The notes: generated by a model from the sequence alone, not told the origin. Numbered from the stretch's first letter, positions 1 through 15,730 are shown. The stretch: 64,000 nt of DNA from Arenimonas sp. (GCF_036275555.1 NZ_DASUDO010000048.1:30665-94664), one strand, 5' to 3'. Translations and numbers: made by a program.

Positions 1-201
1 CGGCGGCGCGATCGGCGCGTCCTCGCCGTCCAGGTCGATGCGGCGCAGGCCTTCGGTGATCGACCAGCGGAACAGCGGCCGCCAGACGTTCATCAGCAGG
101 TGCCGGAACAGGTCCACCACGCGGCCCTCGTCGGGGGTCTCGACCACGATCAGCGCCGTGTTGGCGCGCACGAGGGAAGTGAGGTCCTGCAGCTCGCTCA
201 T
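1..201 (-). CDS. AAA family ATPase (Ycf46-like), N-terminal part, truncated by window edge
   Basis: Manual translation from ATG at 201: MSELQDLTSLVRANTALIVVETPDEGRVVDLFRHLLMNVWRPLFRWSITEGL, which resembles the N-terminus of Ycf46-type AAA ATPases. Confidence 0.65.
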   Translation of the reverse strand, partial: MSELQDLTSLVRANTALIVVETPDEGRVVDLFRHLLMNVWRPLFRWSITEGLRRIDLDGEDAPIAPP

Positions 202-254
202 CGGGGGTCCTTCATTCGAAGGGCGTGATGATACCGGAGCAGACCGGCGCGGGC

Positions 255-6121
<5,867 letters not shown>

Positions 6122-6227
6122 GCGCCCTCCGAAGTGAAGTGGGCTTTCCGCACCGTCACACAGCCCAATAGAGTTTCTGCTCGGTTGCGGGTTAGAGTGA
6201 GGCCTCTTCCCGATGTGGAGGTCCGGC

Positions 6228-6860
6228 ATGCGTACGATCCTGGTCGCCAGCTCGAAGGGAGGCGCCGGCAAGACGACGGTGTCGACCAACCTCGCCGCCC
6301 ATTTCGCCGTCGACGGCAAGGCCACCGCCCTCCTCGACGCCGACCGGCAGAAGTCCTCGACCCACTGGTGCGAGAAGCGCGCCGCCCTCGACACCGCCGT
6401 GCTGCCGATCGACGGCAGCAAGCGCGGCTGGGACAAGCACATCCCCGATGGCGTCCAGCGCCTCGTGGTGGACGCCCCGGCCGGCGCAATGGGCGAAGAC
6501 CTCACCGCCTTCCTCGACATCGCCGACGCGGTGATCGTGCCGGTGCTGCCCTCGATGATCGACCTCGAAGCCACCGTGCCTTTCCTGAACTCGCTCGTGC
6601 AGCACCCGCGCATCAAGAAGGGCAAGCTGCCGGTCGGCATCGTCGGCAACCGGCTCAAGCCCTGGACCAGCAACTCCCAGCAGGCCCTGGACCAGCTCAA
6701 GGCCTGGCCCTACCCGCTGGTGGCCGAGCTGCGCGACACCCAGGCCTACGTGCTGATGGCGGCGCTGGGCAAGTCGGTGTTCGACTACCACTCCGAACAG
6801 ATCCGCAGCCACCAGGACGACTGGGCGCCGCTGCTGAAGTGGCTCAAGAAGTCACTCTGA
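6228..6860 (+). CDS. ParA/MinD family ATPase
   Basis: Deviant Walker A KGGAGKTT, plus DAD and VVDAP; GGAGG SD before ATG 6228. Confidence 0.9.
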   Translation: MRTILVASSKGGAGKTTVSTNLAAHFAVDGKATALLDADRQKSSTHWCEKRAALDTAVLPIDGSKRGWDKHIPDGVQRLVVDAPAGAMGEDLTAFLDIADAVIVPVLPSMIDLEATVPFLNSLVQHPRIKKGKLPVGIVGNRLKPWTSNSQQALDQLKAWPYPLVAELRDTQAYVLMAALGKSVFDYHSEQIRSHQDDWAPLLKWLKKSL

Positions 6861-6898
6861 CCCCGTTCTTCCGGACCCCGCATCAATCAAGGATGGCC

Positions 6899-7375
6899 AT
6901 GCGCGAACTGATCCTGCTCCGACACGCCCACGCCGAACCGGCCGCCCCCGGCCAGGACGACTTCGACCGCCCGCTGTCCCTGCAGGGCCAGGCCGAGGCC
7001 GAGGCCGCCGGGCGCTGGCTGCGCGACCACGGCTACCTGCCCGACCGCGTCGTCACCTCGCCCGCGCGCCGCGCCCGCGAGACCACCGAGCAGGCCATGG
7101 CCGCGCTGGGCTATGTCGAGCTGCGCCAGGAAAAGCGCATCTACGACGCCACCCCGGGCATGCTGATGCAGGTCGCGGATGAACACCGCGATATCGCCCG
7201 GGTGCTGCTGGTCGGCCACAACCCCGGCTTCGAACAGCTGGCGGCGCTGCTGAGCTCGGGCCAGTCCGGCGATTTCCGCGGGATGCCCGCCGGCGGCGTG
7301 GCCGTGCTGTCCATGCCGGCCGACGCCGACCTCGAGCCCGGCATCGCCCGCCTGGCCGCGTTCTGGTGGCCGTGA
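6899..7375 (+). CDS. sixA: SixA-like phosphohistidine phosphatase
   Basis: LILLRHAHA, DRPLS, SPARRARET and LLVGHNP motifs; this is the real gene at the 3' end of the spurious ORF 3638..7375. Confidence 0.85.
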   Translation: MRELILLRHAHAEPAAPGQDDFDRPLSLQGQAEAEAAGRWLRDHGYLPDRVVTSPARRARETTEQAMAALGYVELRQEKRIYDATPGMLMQVADEHRDIARVLLVGHNPGFEQLAALLSSGQSGDFRGMPAGGVAVLSMPADADLEPGIARLAAFWWP

Positions 7376-7379
7376 GCGG

Positions 7380-7952
7380 ATGACGTGGGCCTGGCTGGGC
7401 GCGCTTTGCCTGGCCTGCGCGGTGGGTAAGGCCGCCGCCAGCGGTGCCGCCCGGGAGCAATTCGACCCGACGGCCTCCCGCGCCACCTTCGAAGTCAGCG
7501 TGCGGGTGACGGGGCCGGCCACCGGCCGCTTCCGCCGCATCGAGGGCGAACTGACCGAGGACGACCGCGGCCGCTGGCGCGTGCAGGTGCGGGTGGACAC
7601 CGAGGGCCTGGAGCTGGACGGCCCGGGCTGGATGCTGCGCAGTACCCGCTCGCGCAACTTCCTGGACGTGGAAAACCACCCCGAGATCCGTTTCCGCTCG
7701 GCGCCCTTCGCGCGCGGGCTGCTGGCCACCGGCGGGCCCCTGCGCGGCCGGCTCGACCTGCGCGGCGCCTCCCGGGGCGTGACCTTCACGCTGCTGCCGG
7801 CCGCCTGCAGCCGCCCCGGCCGGGACTGCGACATCGTGGTCAAGGGCGAGGTCAGCCGCCGCGCCTTCGGCATGACCAGCCAGCGCGTGTGGGTGAAGGA
7901 CGAAGTGGGCTTCGACTTCCGGGTGAGATTGCGCGACCCTGTCGCCCCATGA
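7380..7952 (+). CDS. YceI family lipid/polyisoprenoid-binding protein
   Basis: Signal peptide, G-R-F, FLDVENHPEIRFRS, GRLDLRG and SRRAFGM. Confidence 0.8.
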   Translation: MTWAWLGALCLACAVGKAAASGAAREQFDPTASRATFEVSVRVTGPATGRFRRIEGELTEDDRGRWRVQVRVDTEGLELDGPGWMLRSTRSRNFLDVENHPEIRFRSAPFARGLLATGGPLRGRLDLRGASRGVTFTLLPAACSRPGRDCDIVVKGEVSRRAFGMTSQRVWVKDEVGFDFRVRLRDPVAP

Positions 7953-9790
7953 GCTCCGCACATCGCCTTCTCACCGCCCTGCTGGTCCTGTTCCTGGCAG
8001 GCTGCTCCACCCTGTCCGTGCGCGAACGCCGCGACGCCGCCGACCTGGCCCTGGCCGCCCGCAGCACCGAGGTCGGCTGCCGCGAGGGCGTGGACTGCGC
8101 CGTCGACTCGCCGCTGCTGGCGCTCGGCCACGCCGCCGTCGCCGCGTCCACGCCGGAGGCGCCGCGGCACGAGGTGGTGCTGCTCGACCGCGGCCAGGAC
8201 TCGCTGCTCGCCCGCCTGCACCTGATCCGCGCCGCGCGCGAGAGCATCGAGCTGCAGATGTTCATCTTCGACAAGGACGACAGCGGCGTTCTGGTGCTCG
8301 AGGAGCTGCTGGCCGCCGCCCGCCGCGGCGTGAAGGTGCGCGTGCTGCTCGACCAGCTCTACGGCCTGCCCGACCCCAACCTGCAGGCCAGCCTGGCCGG
8401 CCACCACGCCAACTTCGAGCTGCGCCTCTACAACCCCACCTTCGACGAAGCCAAGACCCAGAAGCTGCAGTACGCCGCCGGCATCCTGTGCTGCTTCATG
8501 AAGTTCAACCAGCGCATGCACACCAAGCTGGTGCTGGTGGACGGCGTGGCCGGCATCACCGGCGGCCGCAACATCCAGGACCGCTATTTCGACTGGGCCG
8601 AGGGCTACAACTACCGCGACCGCGACATCCTCGTGATGGGGCCGGTGGCGAAGGCGATGGCGGCGAACTTCGACGCGTTCTGGGGCTACGAGCGCTCGCG
8701 CCCGGCCGAGGAGCTCAAGGACGTGGCCGAGCGCCTGCACCGCAACGGCGGCCCGCCGCCGAGCTGGCTGTTCGACCCGGCGCGCCCGCCGCCGCCGCCG
8801 CGCGTCACCGCCATGCGCGACGAGGCCGGCGACGGCGCCGCGGTGATGGCGCGGATGGAGCCGCTGCGGCTCGCGGTCGGCCGGGTGGACTTCTTCGCCG
8901 ACCTGCCCGAGAAGCACGAGGGCGAGCTGCGCGCCGAGGAGGACGCTTCGCTGGCCATGCACGACCTGGTGGAAAGCACGCAGGAGGAACTGGTCATCCA
9001 GACGCCCTACCTCGTGCTCTCGCGCGAGGCCCGCAAGGTCTTCCGCGGCCTGCAGAAGCGCGCGGAGAAGCCGGCGGTGTGGGTGTCCACCAACTCGCTG
9101 GCCGCCACCGACGCCTTCCCCGTGTACGCGATGAGCCACAAGTACAAGCGCCTGTACCTGCGCGAGCTGGGCTTCCGAATCTTCGAGTACAAGCCCTACC
9201 CGACCGACGCGCCGATCAACGTCGCCGCCACCGGCGTGCTGGGCGAGGAGCGGGCCGCGCACCTGCCGATGTTCGGTTCGGGCTCCTCGGGCTCGGCCAG
9301 TGGGCCGGTGCCGCTCAAGCGCGCCGGCATCCGGGTCGGCCTGCACGCGAAGTCGCTGGTCGTCGACGGCCGGATCGGCGTGGTGGGCAGCCACAACTTC
9401 GACCCGCGCTCGGACAACCTCAACACCGAGTCGATGGTGGTGGTCCATGACAGGGAGTTCGCGGGTGCGCTGCTGGCCAGCATCCGGCGCGACATGACCC
9501 CGGAGAACGCCTGGCTGATCGCGCCCCAGGAGAAGCCACCGGTGCTGTCGGGCCTGAACTACAGCCTGGGCAAGATCTCCGAGAAACTGCCGATCTTCGA
9601 CATCTGGCCCTTCCCCTACGCCACCAGCTTCGAGCTGGTGCCGGGCTGCAACCCGATCCCGCCGGGCCAGCCGGGCTTTTATGACTGCTACGAGGACGTC
9701 GGCGCCTTCCCCGAGGTCGACCTGCCGCTCAAGACCGTCTACACCCGCATCCTCACGGCCTTCGGCGCCGGCCTGGTGCCCATCCTCTGA
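7949..9790 (+). CDS. Phospholipase D / cardiolipin synthase-like lipoprotein
   Basis: Lipobox LAGC; two HKD motifs (RMHTKLVLVD..GGRN and LHAKSLVVD..GSHNFD). Confidence 0.9.
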   Translation: MSSAHRLLTALLVLFLAGCSTLSVRERRDAADLALAARSTEVGCREGVDCAVDSPLLALGHAAVAASTPEAPRHEVVLLDRGQDSLLARLHLIRAARESIELQMFIFDKDDSGVLVLEELLAAARRGVKVRVLLDQLYGLPDPNLQASLAGHHANFELRLYNPTFDEAKTQKLQYAAGILCCFMKFNQRMHTKLVLVDGVAGITGGRNIQDRYFDWAEGYNYRDRDILVMGPVAKAMAANFDAFWGYERSRPAEELKDVAERLHRNGGPPPSWLFDPARPPPPPRVTAMRDEAGDGAAVMARMEPLRLAVGRVDFFADLPEKHEGELRAEEDASLAMHDLVESTQEELVIQTPYLVLSREARKVFRGLQKRAEKPAVWVSTNSLAATDAFPVYAMSHKYKRLYLRELGFRIFEYKPYPTDAPINVAATGVLGEERAAHLPMFGSGSSGSASGPVPLKRAGIRVGLHAKSLVVDGRIGVVGSHNFDPRSDNLNTESMVVVHDREFAGALLASIRRDMTPENAWLIAPQEKPPVLSGLNYSLGKISEKLPIFDIWPFPYATSFELVPGCNPIPPGQPGFYDCYEDVGAFPEVDLPLKTVYTRILTAFGAGLVPIL

Positions 9791-9825
9791 GCCGCGTGGC
9801 CGGTGTTGCGCCGGCCTGCGTTCGA

Positions 9826-9854
9826 TTGACGGCGCCTTCGCCCCGGCCTAGGCT
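9826..9854 (+). promoter_or_regulatory. sigma70-type promoter for the DUF1232 gene
   Basis: TTGACG-N17-TAGGCT. Confidence 0.55.
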
Positions 9855-9888
9855 GCTTCCTCTTGAAAACCCCGCCGGACACGCCCGC

Positions 9889-10500
9889 ATGCCCCTCGCC
9901 ATCAGCTTCGAACTCTCCGACCGCGACCTCGAGCACTTCAACCAGGCCCTGGCCAAGGCCCGCGCCTCCGCCGGCAGCAAGACCGCCGACGAGATCATCG
10001 CCGCCGCGTCCAAGCTGCTGGTCGAAGCCAACAAGGTCGAGGTCCCGGACTTCATCGCCGAGCGCCTGGACCGGCTCGACGCGCTGATCGCGATGTCGCG
10101 CGACGAGGGCTGGCACCTGCCCGAGGAAGACCGCCAGCGCGTGCTGTCGGCCCTGGTCTACTTCGCCGACCCGTCCGACGTGATCCCGGACAGCGTGCCG
10201 GTGCTGGGTTACTTCGACGACGCCATCGCCATCGAGATGTGCGTCAAGGAGCTCAAGCACGAGATCGAGGCCTACGACGAGTTCTGCGAATACCGCCAGG
10301 GCGAGGCCGAGCGCCGCGGCCTGGATCCGGCCACCGTCGGCCGCGCCGACTGGCTCGAGGCCCGTCGCGACGAGCTGGTGGACCGCATGCACCGTCGCCG
10401 CAACCGCCAGGCTGGCGGCAGCGGCTACGGCGACAGTTCCGGCTACGCGCGCAAGGGCTACACCAGCGCCTTCCGCCCGGGCCTGCTGCGCGTCCGCTGA
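9889..10500 (+). CDS. YkvA/DUF1232 family protein
   Basis: ALVYFADPSDVIPDSVPVLGYFDDA signature. Confidence 0.85.
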   Translation: MPLAISFELSDRDLEHFNQALAKARASAGSKTADEIIAAASKLLVEANKVEVPDFIAERLDRLDALIAMSRDEGWHLPEEDRQRVLSALVYFADPSDVIPDSVPVLGYFDDAIAIEMCVKELKHEIEAYDEFCEYRQGEAERRGLDPATVGRADWLEARRDELVDRMHRRRNRQAGGSGYGDSSGYARKGYTSAFRPGLLRVR

Positions 10501-10511
10501 GCCCCGCCGCC

Positions 10512-10940
10512 ATGGCCGGCCCGTTCCGCCACCGGCCGGCCGTGGCCGAACTGAACCGGATGCTCGTGGGCACCGCCCCCGGGCACCTGGGCATCGAGAT
10601 CACCGAGCTGGGCGAGGATTTCCTGCGCGCCACGATGCCGGTGGATGAACGCACCCGGCAGCCGTTCGGGCTGCTGCACGGCGGCTCCTCGGTGCTGCTG
10701 GCCGAAACTCTGGCCAGCCTGGCCGGCTACCTGTGCCTGGACCCGGCGCTGAAGCAGCAGTCGGCCGGCATCGAGATCAACGCCAACCACCTGCGCGCCG
10801 TCACCGAAGGCGTGGTCACCGGCACCGCGCGACCGGTCCACCTCGGCCGCGCCACCCAGGTCTGGGAGATCCGCATCGAGGACGCGCAGGGGCGCCTGAC
10901 CTGCATCTCGCGCATGACCGCGGCGGTGATCGGCGCCTGA
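10512..10940 (+). CDS. Hotdog-fold PaaI/MenI-type acyl-CoA thioesterase
   Basis: QPFGLLHGGSSVLLAET and GIEINANHLR. Confidence 0.9.
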   Translation: MAGPFRHRPAVAELNRMLVGTAPGHLGIEITELGEDFLRATMPVDERTRQPFGLLHGGSSVLLAETLASLAGYLCLDPALKQQSAGIEINANHLRAVTEGVVTGTARPVHLGRATQVWEIRIEDAQGRLTCISRMTAAVIGA

Positions 10941-11005
10941 GCCGCGCCGCCTGCGTACCGCGGCGTCGGGTGTTTACTCGGCCCGCGTGCGGCACAATGC
11001 CGCGC

Positions 11006-11797
11006 ATGTCCACCCACACCGAAACGGCCAAGCCCGCCCAGGACTGGCGCCGCCCGCTGCGCTACCTCTGGCGCGCGCCGCTGCTCAGCCTGCACCTGCT
11101 GGTCGGGCTGCCGCTGACCCTGCTGATGATCAACCCGGTCTCGGCGCGGATCGAGCTGCGCGGCGAGCGCCTCGACCACCGCATCATCCGCTGGTGGTCG
11201 GGCACGCTGATGCGCATCTTCGGTTTCCGGCTGCGCCGCTACGGCACGCCGCTGCCGGGCGCGGCGCTGTTCGTCGCCAACCACGTCAGCTGGATCGACA
11301 TCGAGCTGATGCACAGCCAGCGCATGATGGGCTTCGTGGCCAAGGCCGAGATCGCGCGCTGGCCGCTGGTGGGCTGGGTCGCCAGCCGCGGCGGCACCAT
11401 CTACCACCACCGCGGCAGCAATGACTCGCTGCACGGCGTGATGCACCAGATGGTGCAGCGCCTGGAGCAGGGGCTGGCGGTCGGCGTGTTCCCGGAAGGG
11501 CGCACCACCGGCGGCGACGCCATCGGCACCTTCCACGCCCGCATCTTCCAGCCGGCGGTGCTGGCCAACGTGCCGGCGCAGCCGGTGGCGCTGAAGTACG
11601 GCGCGCGCGGCGACGCCCAGACCATCGTCGCGTTCGGGCCGCGCGAGAACTTCCTGCAGAACTTCCTGCGCCTGCTCGGCGAGCCGGGCCGCGTGGCTGA
11701 AGTGCATTTCCTCGAGCCCGTCGCGGCCAGCGAGGACGGCCGCCGGCGCATGGCCGAGACCTGCCGCGAGCGCATCATCTCGGCCATGGCGGGCTGA
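11006..11797 (+). CDS. Lysophospholipid acyltransferase (PlsC/OlsA family)
   Basis: NHVSWID (HX4D) and FPEGRT motifs. Confidence 0.9.
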   Translation: MSTHTETAKPAQDWRRPLRYLWRAPLLSLHLLVGLPLTLLMINPVSARIELRGERLDHRIIRWWSGTLMRIFGFRLRRYGTPLPGAALFVANHVSWIDIELMHSQRMMGFVAKAEIARWPLVGWVASRGGTIYHHRGSNDSLHGVMHQMVQRLEQGLAVGVFPEGRTTGGDAIGTFHARIFQPAVLANVPAQPVALKYGARGDAQTIVAFGPRENFLQNFLRLLGEPGRVAEVHFLEPVAASEDGRRRMAETCRERIISAMAG

Positions 11798-11798
11798 G

Positions 11799-12818
11799 AT
11801 GGGCAGCGCCTACCGGCCGCCGCGCTGGCTTCGCAACCCGCACGTGCAGTCGGTGCTGAGTTCGATGCCGCTGCGGCGTGCGGCGGGCCTGCGCGAGCTG
11901 CGGCGGCTCGGCGCCGAGACCACCGAGCACATCATCACCGTCGAGGACGGCGTGCGGCTGCAGGGCTTCCACACCCGGCTGCCGGCGCGCGAGGCGCCGG
12001 CGCAGGGCCTGGTGCTGCTGCTGCACGGCTGGGAAGGCAGCAGCGAGTCGAGCTACATGCGCCACACCGCGGCGCAGCTGCTGGCGCGCGGCTTCGAGGT
12101 GTTCCGGCTCAACTTCCGCGACCACGGCGACACCCACCACCTCAACGAAGGCCTGTTCCACTCCTGCCGCCTGGGCGAAGTGGTGCAGGCCGCGGCCGAA
12201 GTGTCGCGGCGCTTCCCGGCGCGGCCGATGCTGGCGGCGGGCTACTCGCTGGGCGGCAACTTCGCGCTGCGGCTGGCGCTGGCGGCGCCCGGCGCGGGCA
12301 TCCCGCTGGTGCACGCCGCGGCGGTGTGCCCGGCCATCGACCCGTCGGCGGTGATGCGCACGCTGGAGTCGGGCCAGCCCTTCTACCACTGGTACTTCAT
12401 GAAGAAGTGGCGGCGCTCGCTGACGATCAAGCGCGCGCTGTTCCCGCAGCAGCACGACTTCGACGACAGCATCCTGGCCAAGGACATGCGCAGCCTGACG
12501 CACTGGCTGGTGGAGCGGCACACGACGATGGCCGGGGTCGAGGAGTACTTCGACGGCTACGCGGTGGCGGGCGAACGCCTGGCCGGGCTGCAGGTGCCGG
12601 TCAGCGTGCTGGCCGCGGCCGATGACCCGGTGATCCCGGTGGACGGGTTCCCGCGCCTGGCGCTGCCGTCGCACTCGTCGCTGGAAATCGCCGATTTCGG
12701 CGGCCACTGCGGCTTCCTCGAGGGCGCCCACCTGCGGGGCTACGCCGAGCGCTGGGTCGCGGACCGGCTGGCGGCCGCCGCCGCGCCCGCGCGGGCTACA
12801 ATCGGGGTTTCCGCCTAG
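11799..12818 (+). CDS. YheT family alpha/beta hydrolase
   Basis: NPHVQS, LHGWEGS, GYSLGG nucleophile, DDP and GGHCGF. Confidence 0.88.
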   Translation: MGSAYRPPRWLRNPHVQSVLSSMPLRRAAGLRELRRLGAETTEHIITVEDGVRLQGFHTRLPAREAPAQGLVLLLHGWEGSSESSYMRHTAAQLLARGFEVFRLNFRDHGDTHHLNEGLFHSCRLGEVVQAAAEVSRRFPARPMLAAGYSLGGNFALRLALAAPGAGIPLVHAAAVCPAIDPSAVMRTLESGQPFYHWYFMKKWRRSLTIKRALFPQQHDFDDSILAKDMRSLTHWLVERHTTMAGVEEYFDGYAVAGERLAGLQVPVSVLAAADDPVIPVDGFPRLALPSHSSLEIADFGGHCGFLEGAHLRGYAERWVADRLAAAAAPARATIGVSA

Positions 12819-12831
12819 AAACCCCGTCCCC

Positions 12832-14850
12832 ATGCTCGATCGCATCAATGCCGCCATGCGCGAAGGCGACTTCGCCGCGGCCCTCGCCACGGCCCGCGAA
12901 CTCGTCGCCGCCGAACCCGCCAACGCCGATGCCTGGCACCTGCTCGGCATCGCCGCGATGGCCACCGGCCAGTCCGCCGCCGCCCGCGAGGCGCTCGATC
13001 GCGCGATCGGGCTAGATCCCGAACAGGCCGCCTTCCACGCCACCCGCGCCGCGCTCGACATGACCGAGGGCAAGCCGACCGATGGCCTGCGCGAGGCGCT
13101 GTCGCTCAACCCCAACACGCTCAGCGCCTACATCCTGCAGGTGCATGCGGCGCTGGCCCGCGGCGACCTGCCGGAAGCCCGGCGCCGCCTGCGCCTGGCC
13201 CAGCGCGTGGACGCCGGACATCCGCAGGTCTCGATGGCCGAGGGCTACGTGGCCGACGCCAGCGGCGATCGCGACCTGGCCCTGCGCTGCTTCACCGCCG
13301 CCGCCACCGCGCGCCCGAACATGGCCTCGGCCCAGCTCGCGCTCGGCCTGGCCTACCTGCAGCGCCAGACCTGGGCCTTCGCCGAACAGGCGCTGTCGAA
13401 CGCGCTGCGGCTCGATCCGTCGCGCCCGCGCATCGCCCTGCGCGGCCTGGTCGAGGCGCAGCGCCGCCAGGACGACCGCGAGGGCGCCCTGAAGTCGCTG
13501 GACGAACTGGTCGAACGCTTCCCCGCCGAGCTCGACGCCATCGTGCTGCGCGCCGACCTGCGCCTGCAGTCGGGTGACCGTGACGGCGCGATCGCCGACC
13601 TCGATCACGTGCTCGCGCGCCAGCCGCGCTACATCGCCGCCCTGCGCCGCATGGCGCTGCTGCTGGCCGGCGATGGCCGCGTCCCGGACGCCCGGGCGCT
13701 CATCGAAAAAGCCCTGGCCGGTGCGCCCGCCGACCGCGACACCTGGCAGCTGCGCATGAACCTTTGCGGCCCGCTGGGCGAGACGCCGGTGGACGTGCTG
13801 CAGCAGTGGCACGCCGCCGACCCGGGCAGTGCCGAGTGCATGGAGCTGATGGCCGATTTCCACCGCAGCCGCGGCGACATCGCCCAGGCCGCGGCCTGGG
13901 CCGAGCGCGCGCTGGCCGTCGACGGCAACCTCTTCCACAGCAACATGATCATGCTCGAGGTCGAGCAGGCCCGTGACCTCGACCTCGCCCTGGTGCGCGC
14001 CGACCGCCTGCTGGTGCAGCAGGCCGACGTACTGCGCCAGCGGCAGGTCCTGGCCTGGGCCGGCGCGGCGTTGGACCAGGCGGGCCGCTATGCCGAAGCG
14101 GCCCTGTGCTGGAAGAACATGCTGCAGCGGGTCTCGCGCCAGTCGCCGCAGGTGCCGCCGCCGTCGGTGGCGCCGGCCGACAGCGTGCCCGAGGGCGGCA
14201 TCGCCGCCACCCTCGCGTGGGCGCCCGTGGGCGTGCGCGCCGAGGCCGTGCTGATGGCGGCGAAGCAGCAGCTCGGCAACCGCCTCGACCTGGGGCGCGC
14301 CAGCGTCGTCGGGCCCGGCGACGGCTTCGGCCTCGTGCGCTTCCCGCCGGGCGACCCGCGCGCCGGCAGCGCCGAAACCTGGACCCAGGCCGTCACCGCC
14401 GCGGGCCTGGACCCGGCCACGTTGGTCGACTGGATGCCGCATCTCGATCCCTACACGCTGGCGGCGCTGCGCGGCGCCCGCGTGCTCTGCCTGCTCACCG
14501 ATCCGCGCGATGCGTTGCTCAACTGGTTCGTGTTCGGCAGCCTGCAGAACTACCTGCCCTCGCCCGACCCGGTGGCCGCCGCCGACTGGCTGGCGCGCAC
14601 GCTCGACGCGGTGGCCGACCACCGCGATGCGCATCCGGAGCGCGTGGTCTTCGCCCGCCTGGACGGCGATGCCGCCGAGGCGGCCGCGGCCATCGAACAG
14701 GCCCTGGGCCTGCCGCAGCCGCTGCCCGGCCTGCACGGTCGCGGCGCGCGGCTACCGTCCGGCCATTGGCGCCATTACCGCGAGGGCTTCGCGGAGGCGT
14801 TCGAGCGGCTGGCGCCGGTGGCGGCGCGCCTGGGTTACCCGGCCGCTTAA
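12832..14850 (+). CDS. TPR-repeat protein with a degenerate sulfotransferase-like C-terminal domain
   Basis: Multiple TPR-like repeats over the first ~430 aa; C-terminal DWMP, TDPRDALLNWF and GHWRHY. Confidence 0.75.
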   Translation: MLDRINAAMREGDFAAALATARELVAAEPANADAWHLLGIAAMATGQSAAAREALDRAIGLDPEQAAFHATRAALDMTEGKPTDGLREALSLNPNTLSAYILQVHAALARGDLPEARRRLRLAQRVDAGHPQVSMAEGYVADASGDRDLALRCFTAAATARPNMASAQLALGLAYLQRQTWAFAEQALSNALRLDPSRPRIALRGLVEAQRRQDDREGALKSLDELVERFPAELDAIVLRADLRLQSGDRDGAIADLDHVLARQPRYIAALRRMALLLAGDGRVPDARALIEKALAGAPADRDTWQLRMNLCGPLGETPVDVLQQWHAADPGSAECMELMADFHRSRGDIAQAAAWAERALAVDGNLFHSNMIMLEVEQARDLDLALVRADRLLVQQADVLRQRQVLAWAGAALDQAGRYAEAALCWKNMLQRVSRQSPQVPPPSVAPADSVPEGGIAATLAWAPVGVRAEAVLMAAKQQLGNRLDLGRASVVGPGDGFGLVRFPPGDPRAGSAETWTQAVTAAGLDPATLVDWMPHLDPYTLAALRGARVLCLLTDPRDALLNWFVFGSLQNYLPSPDPVAAADWLARTLDAVADHRDAHPERVVFARLDGDAAEAAAAIEQALGLPQPLPGLHGRGARLPSGHWRHYREGFAEAFERLAPVAARLGYPAA

Positions 14851-15641
14851 CTGCCGGCCGGCAGGCCCATCAGCAGGGCCACGCCCAGGCCGATGCGGTA
14901 CCAGGCGAAGGGCCGGAAGCTGTGGGTGGCGATGTAGCCCAGCAGCCAGCGCACGGCCGCGAACCCGGTGAGGGTCGCGGCCGCGAAGGCGATGCCCAGG
15001 CTGGCCCAGTCCTCGTCGCCGGTGCCGCCGTCGAGCACGGTTTCCATCAGCGCCCAGCCGCTGGCCGCGAACATGGTGGGGATGCCGACCAGGAACACGA
15101 ACTCGGCCGCCGCCGGCTTGCGGTTCATGCCCAGCAGCAGCGCCATGAAGATCGCCGCCGCCGAGCGCGAGGTGCCCGGGAACACGCCGGCCAACACCTG
15201 CGCCAGGCCCACGGCCACCACCACTTTCCAGGTCAGCGCATCGGACGGCGGTTTGCCCTCCGAAATGCGCTCGGCGATCAGCATCCACACGCCGCCAACC
15301 ACCAGGGCCCACGCGATCGGCGTCACGGTGTCCGGGAGCTCCCAGCCGAGCAGGCGCACCGGCAGGCCGACGACCGCGGTGACCGCGAAGGCGACCGCGA
15401 TTTTCAGCGCGTACAGGCGGGTCGCGGCGTCGCCCAACCCGGTCGCCAGCTGCCAGATGCGCTGCCGGTAGACCAGGGTGATGGCCAGGATCGCACCGGC
15501 CTGGATGCTGATGTTGAACAGGTCCGAGCGCGCGCCCAGCCAGTGCTGGGCGATCAGCAGGTGGCCGGTGCTGGAGATCGGCAGGAACTCGGTGAGGCCT
15601 TCGATGATGCCCAGCAGGAGGGCGGACAGCAGGTCGTTCAA
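14847..15641 (-). CDS. uppP: Undecaprenyl-diphosphate phosphatase
   Basis: EGLTEFLPISSTGH and PGTSRS motifs; TTG start. Confidence 0.93.
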   Translation of the reverse strand: MNDLLSALLLGIIEGLTEFLPISSTGHLLIAQHWLGARSDLFNISIQAGAILAITLVYRQRIWQLATGLGDAATRLYALKIAVAFAVTAVVGLPVRLLGWELPDTVTPIAWALVVGGVWMLIAERISEGKPPSDALTWKVVVAVGLAQVLAGVFPGTSRSAAAIFMALLLGMNRKPAAAEFVFLVGIPTMFAASGWALMETVLDGGTGDEDWASLGIAFAAATLTGFAAVRWLLGYIATHSFRPFAWYRIGLGVALLMGLPAGS

Positions 15642-15680
15642 GGGCGATTGGCCGGTGGGTGGGGCGTTGGATGATACGGC

Positions 15681-15709
15681 GGGTGGCGGGGGTGGCGGGG
15701 GTGGCGGGG
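15681..15709 (+). repeat. Tandem 9-mer (GGGTGGCGG)x3 forming a G-quadruplex-type motif
   Basis: GGG-TGGC-GGGGG-TGGC-GGGGG-TGGC-GGGG read directly from the sequence. Confidence 0.7.
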
Positions 15710-15730
15710 AGGAAGATGGGGCGAAAGGCG

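Noticed and set aside
6122-6700. Apparent 190-aa N-terminal extension of GltB
   Set aside because: It overlaps parA on the opposite strand; the true start at 6121 has a GGAGG SD and the usual short propeptide.
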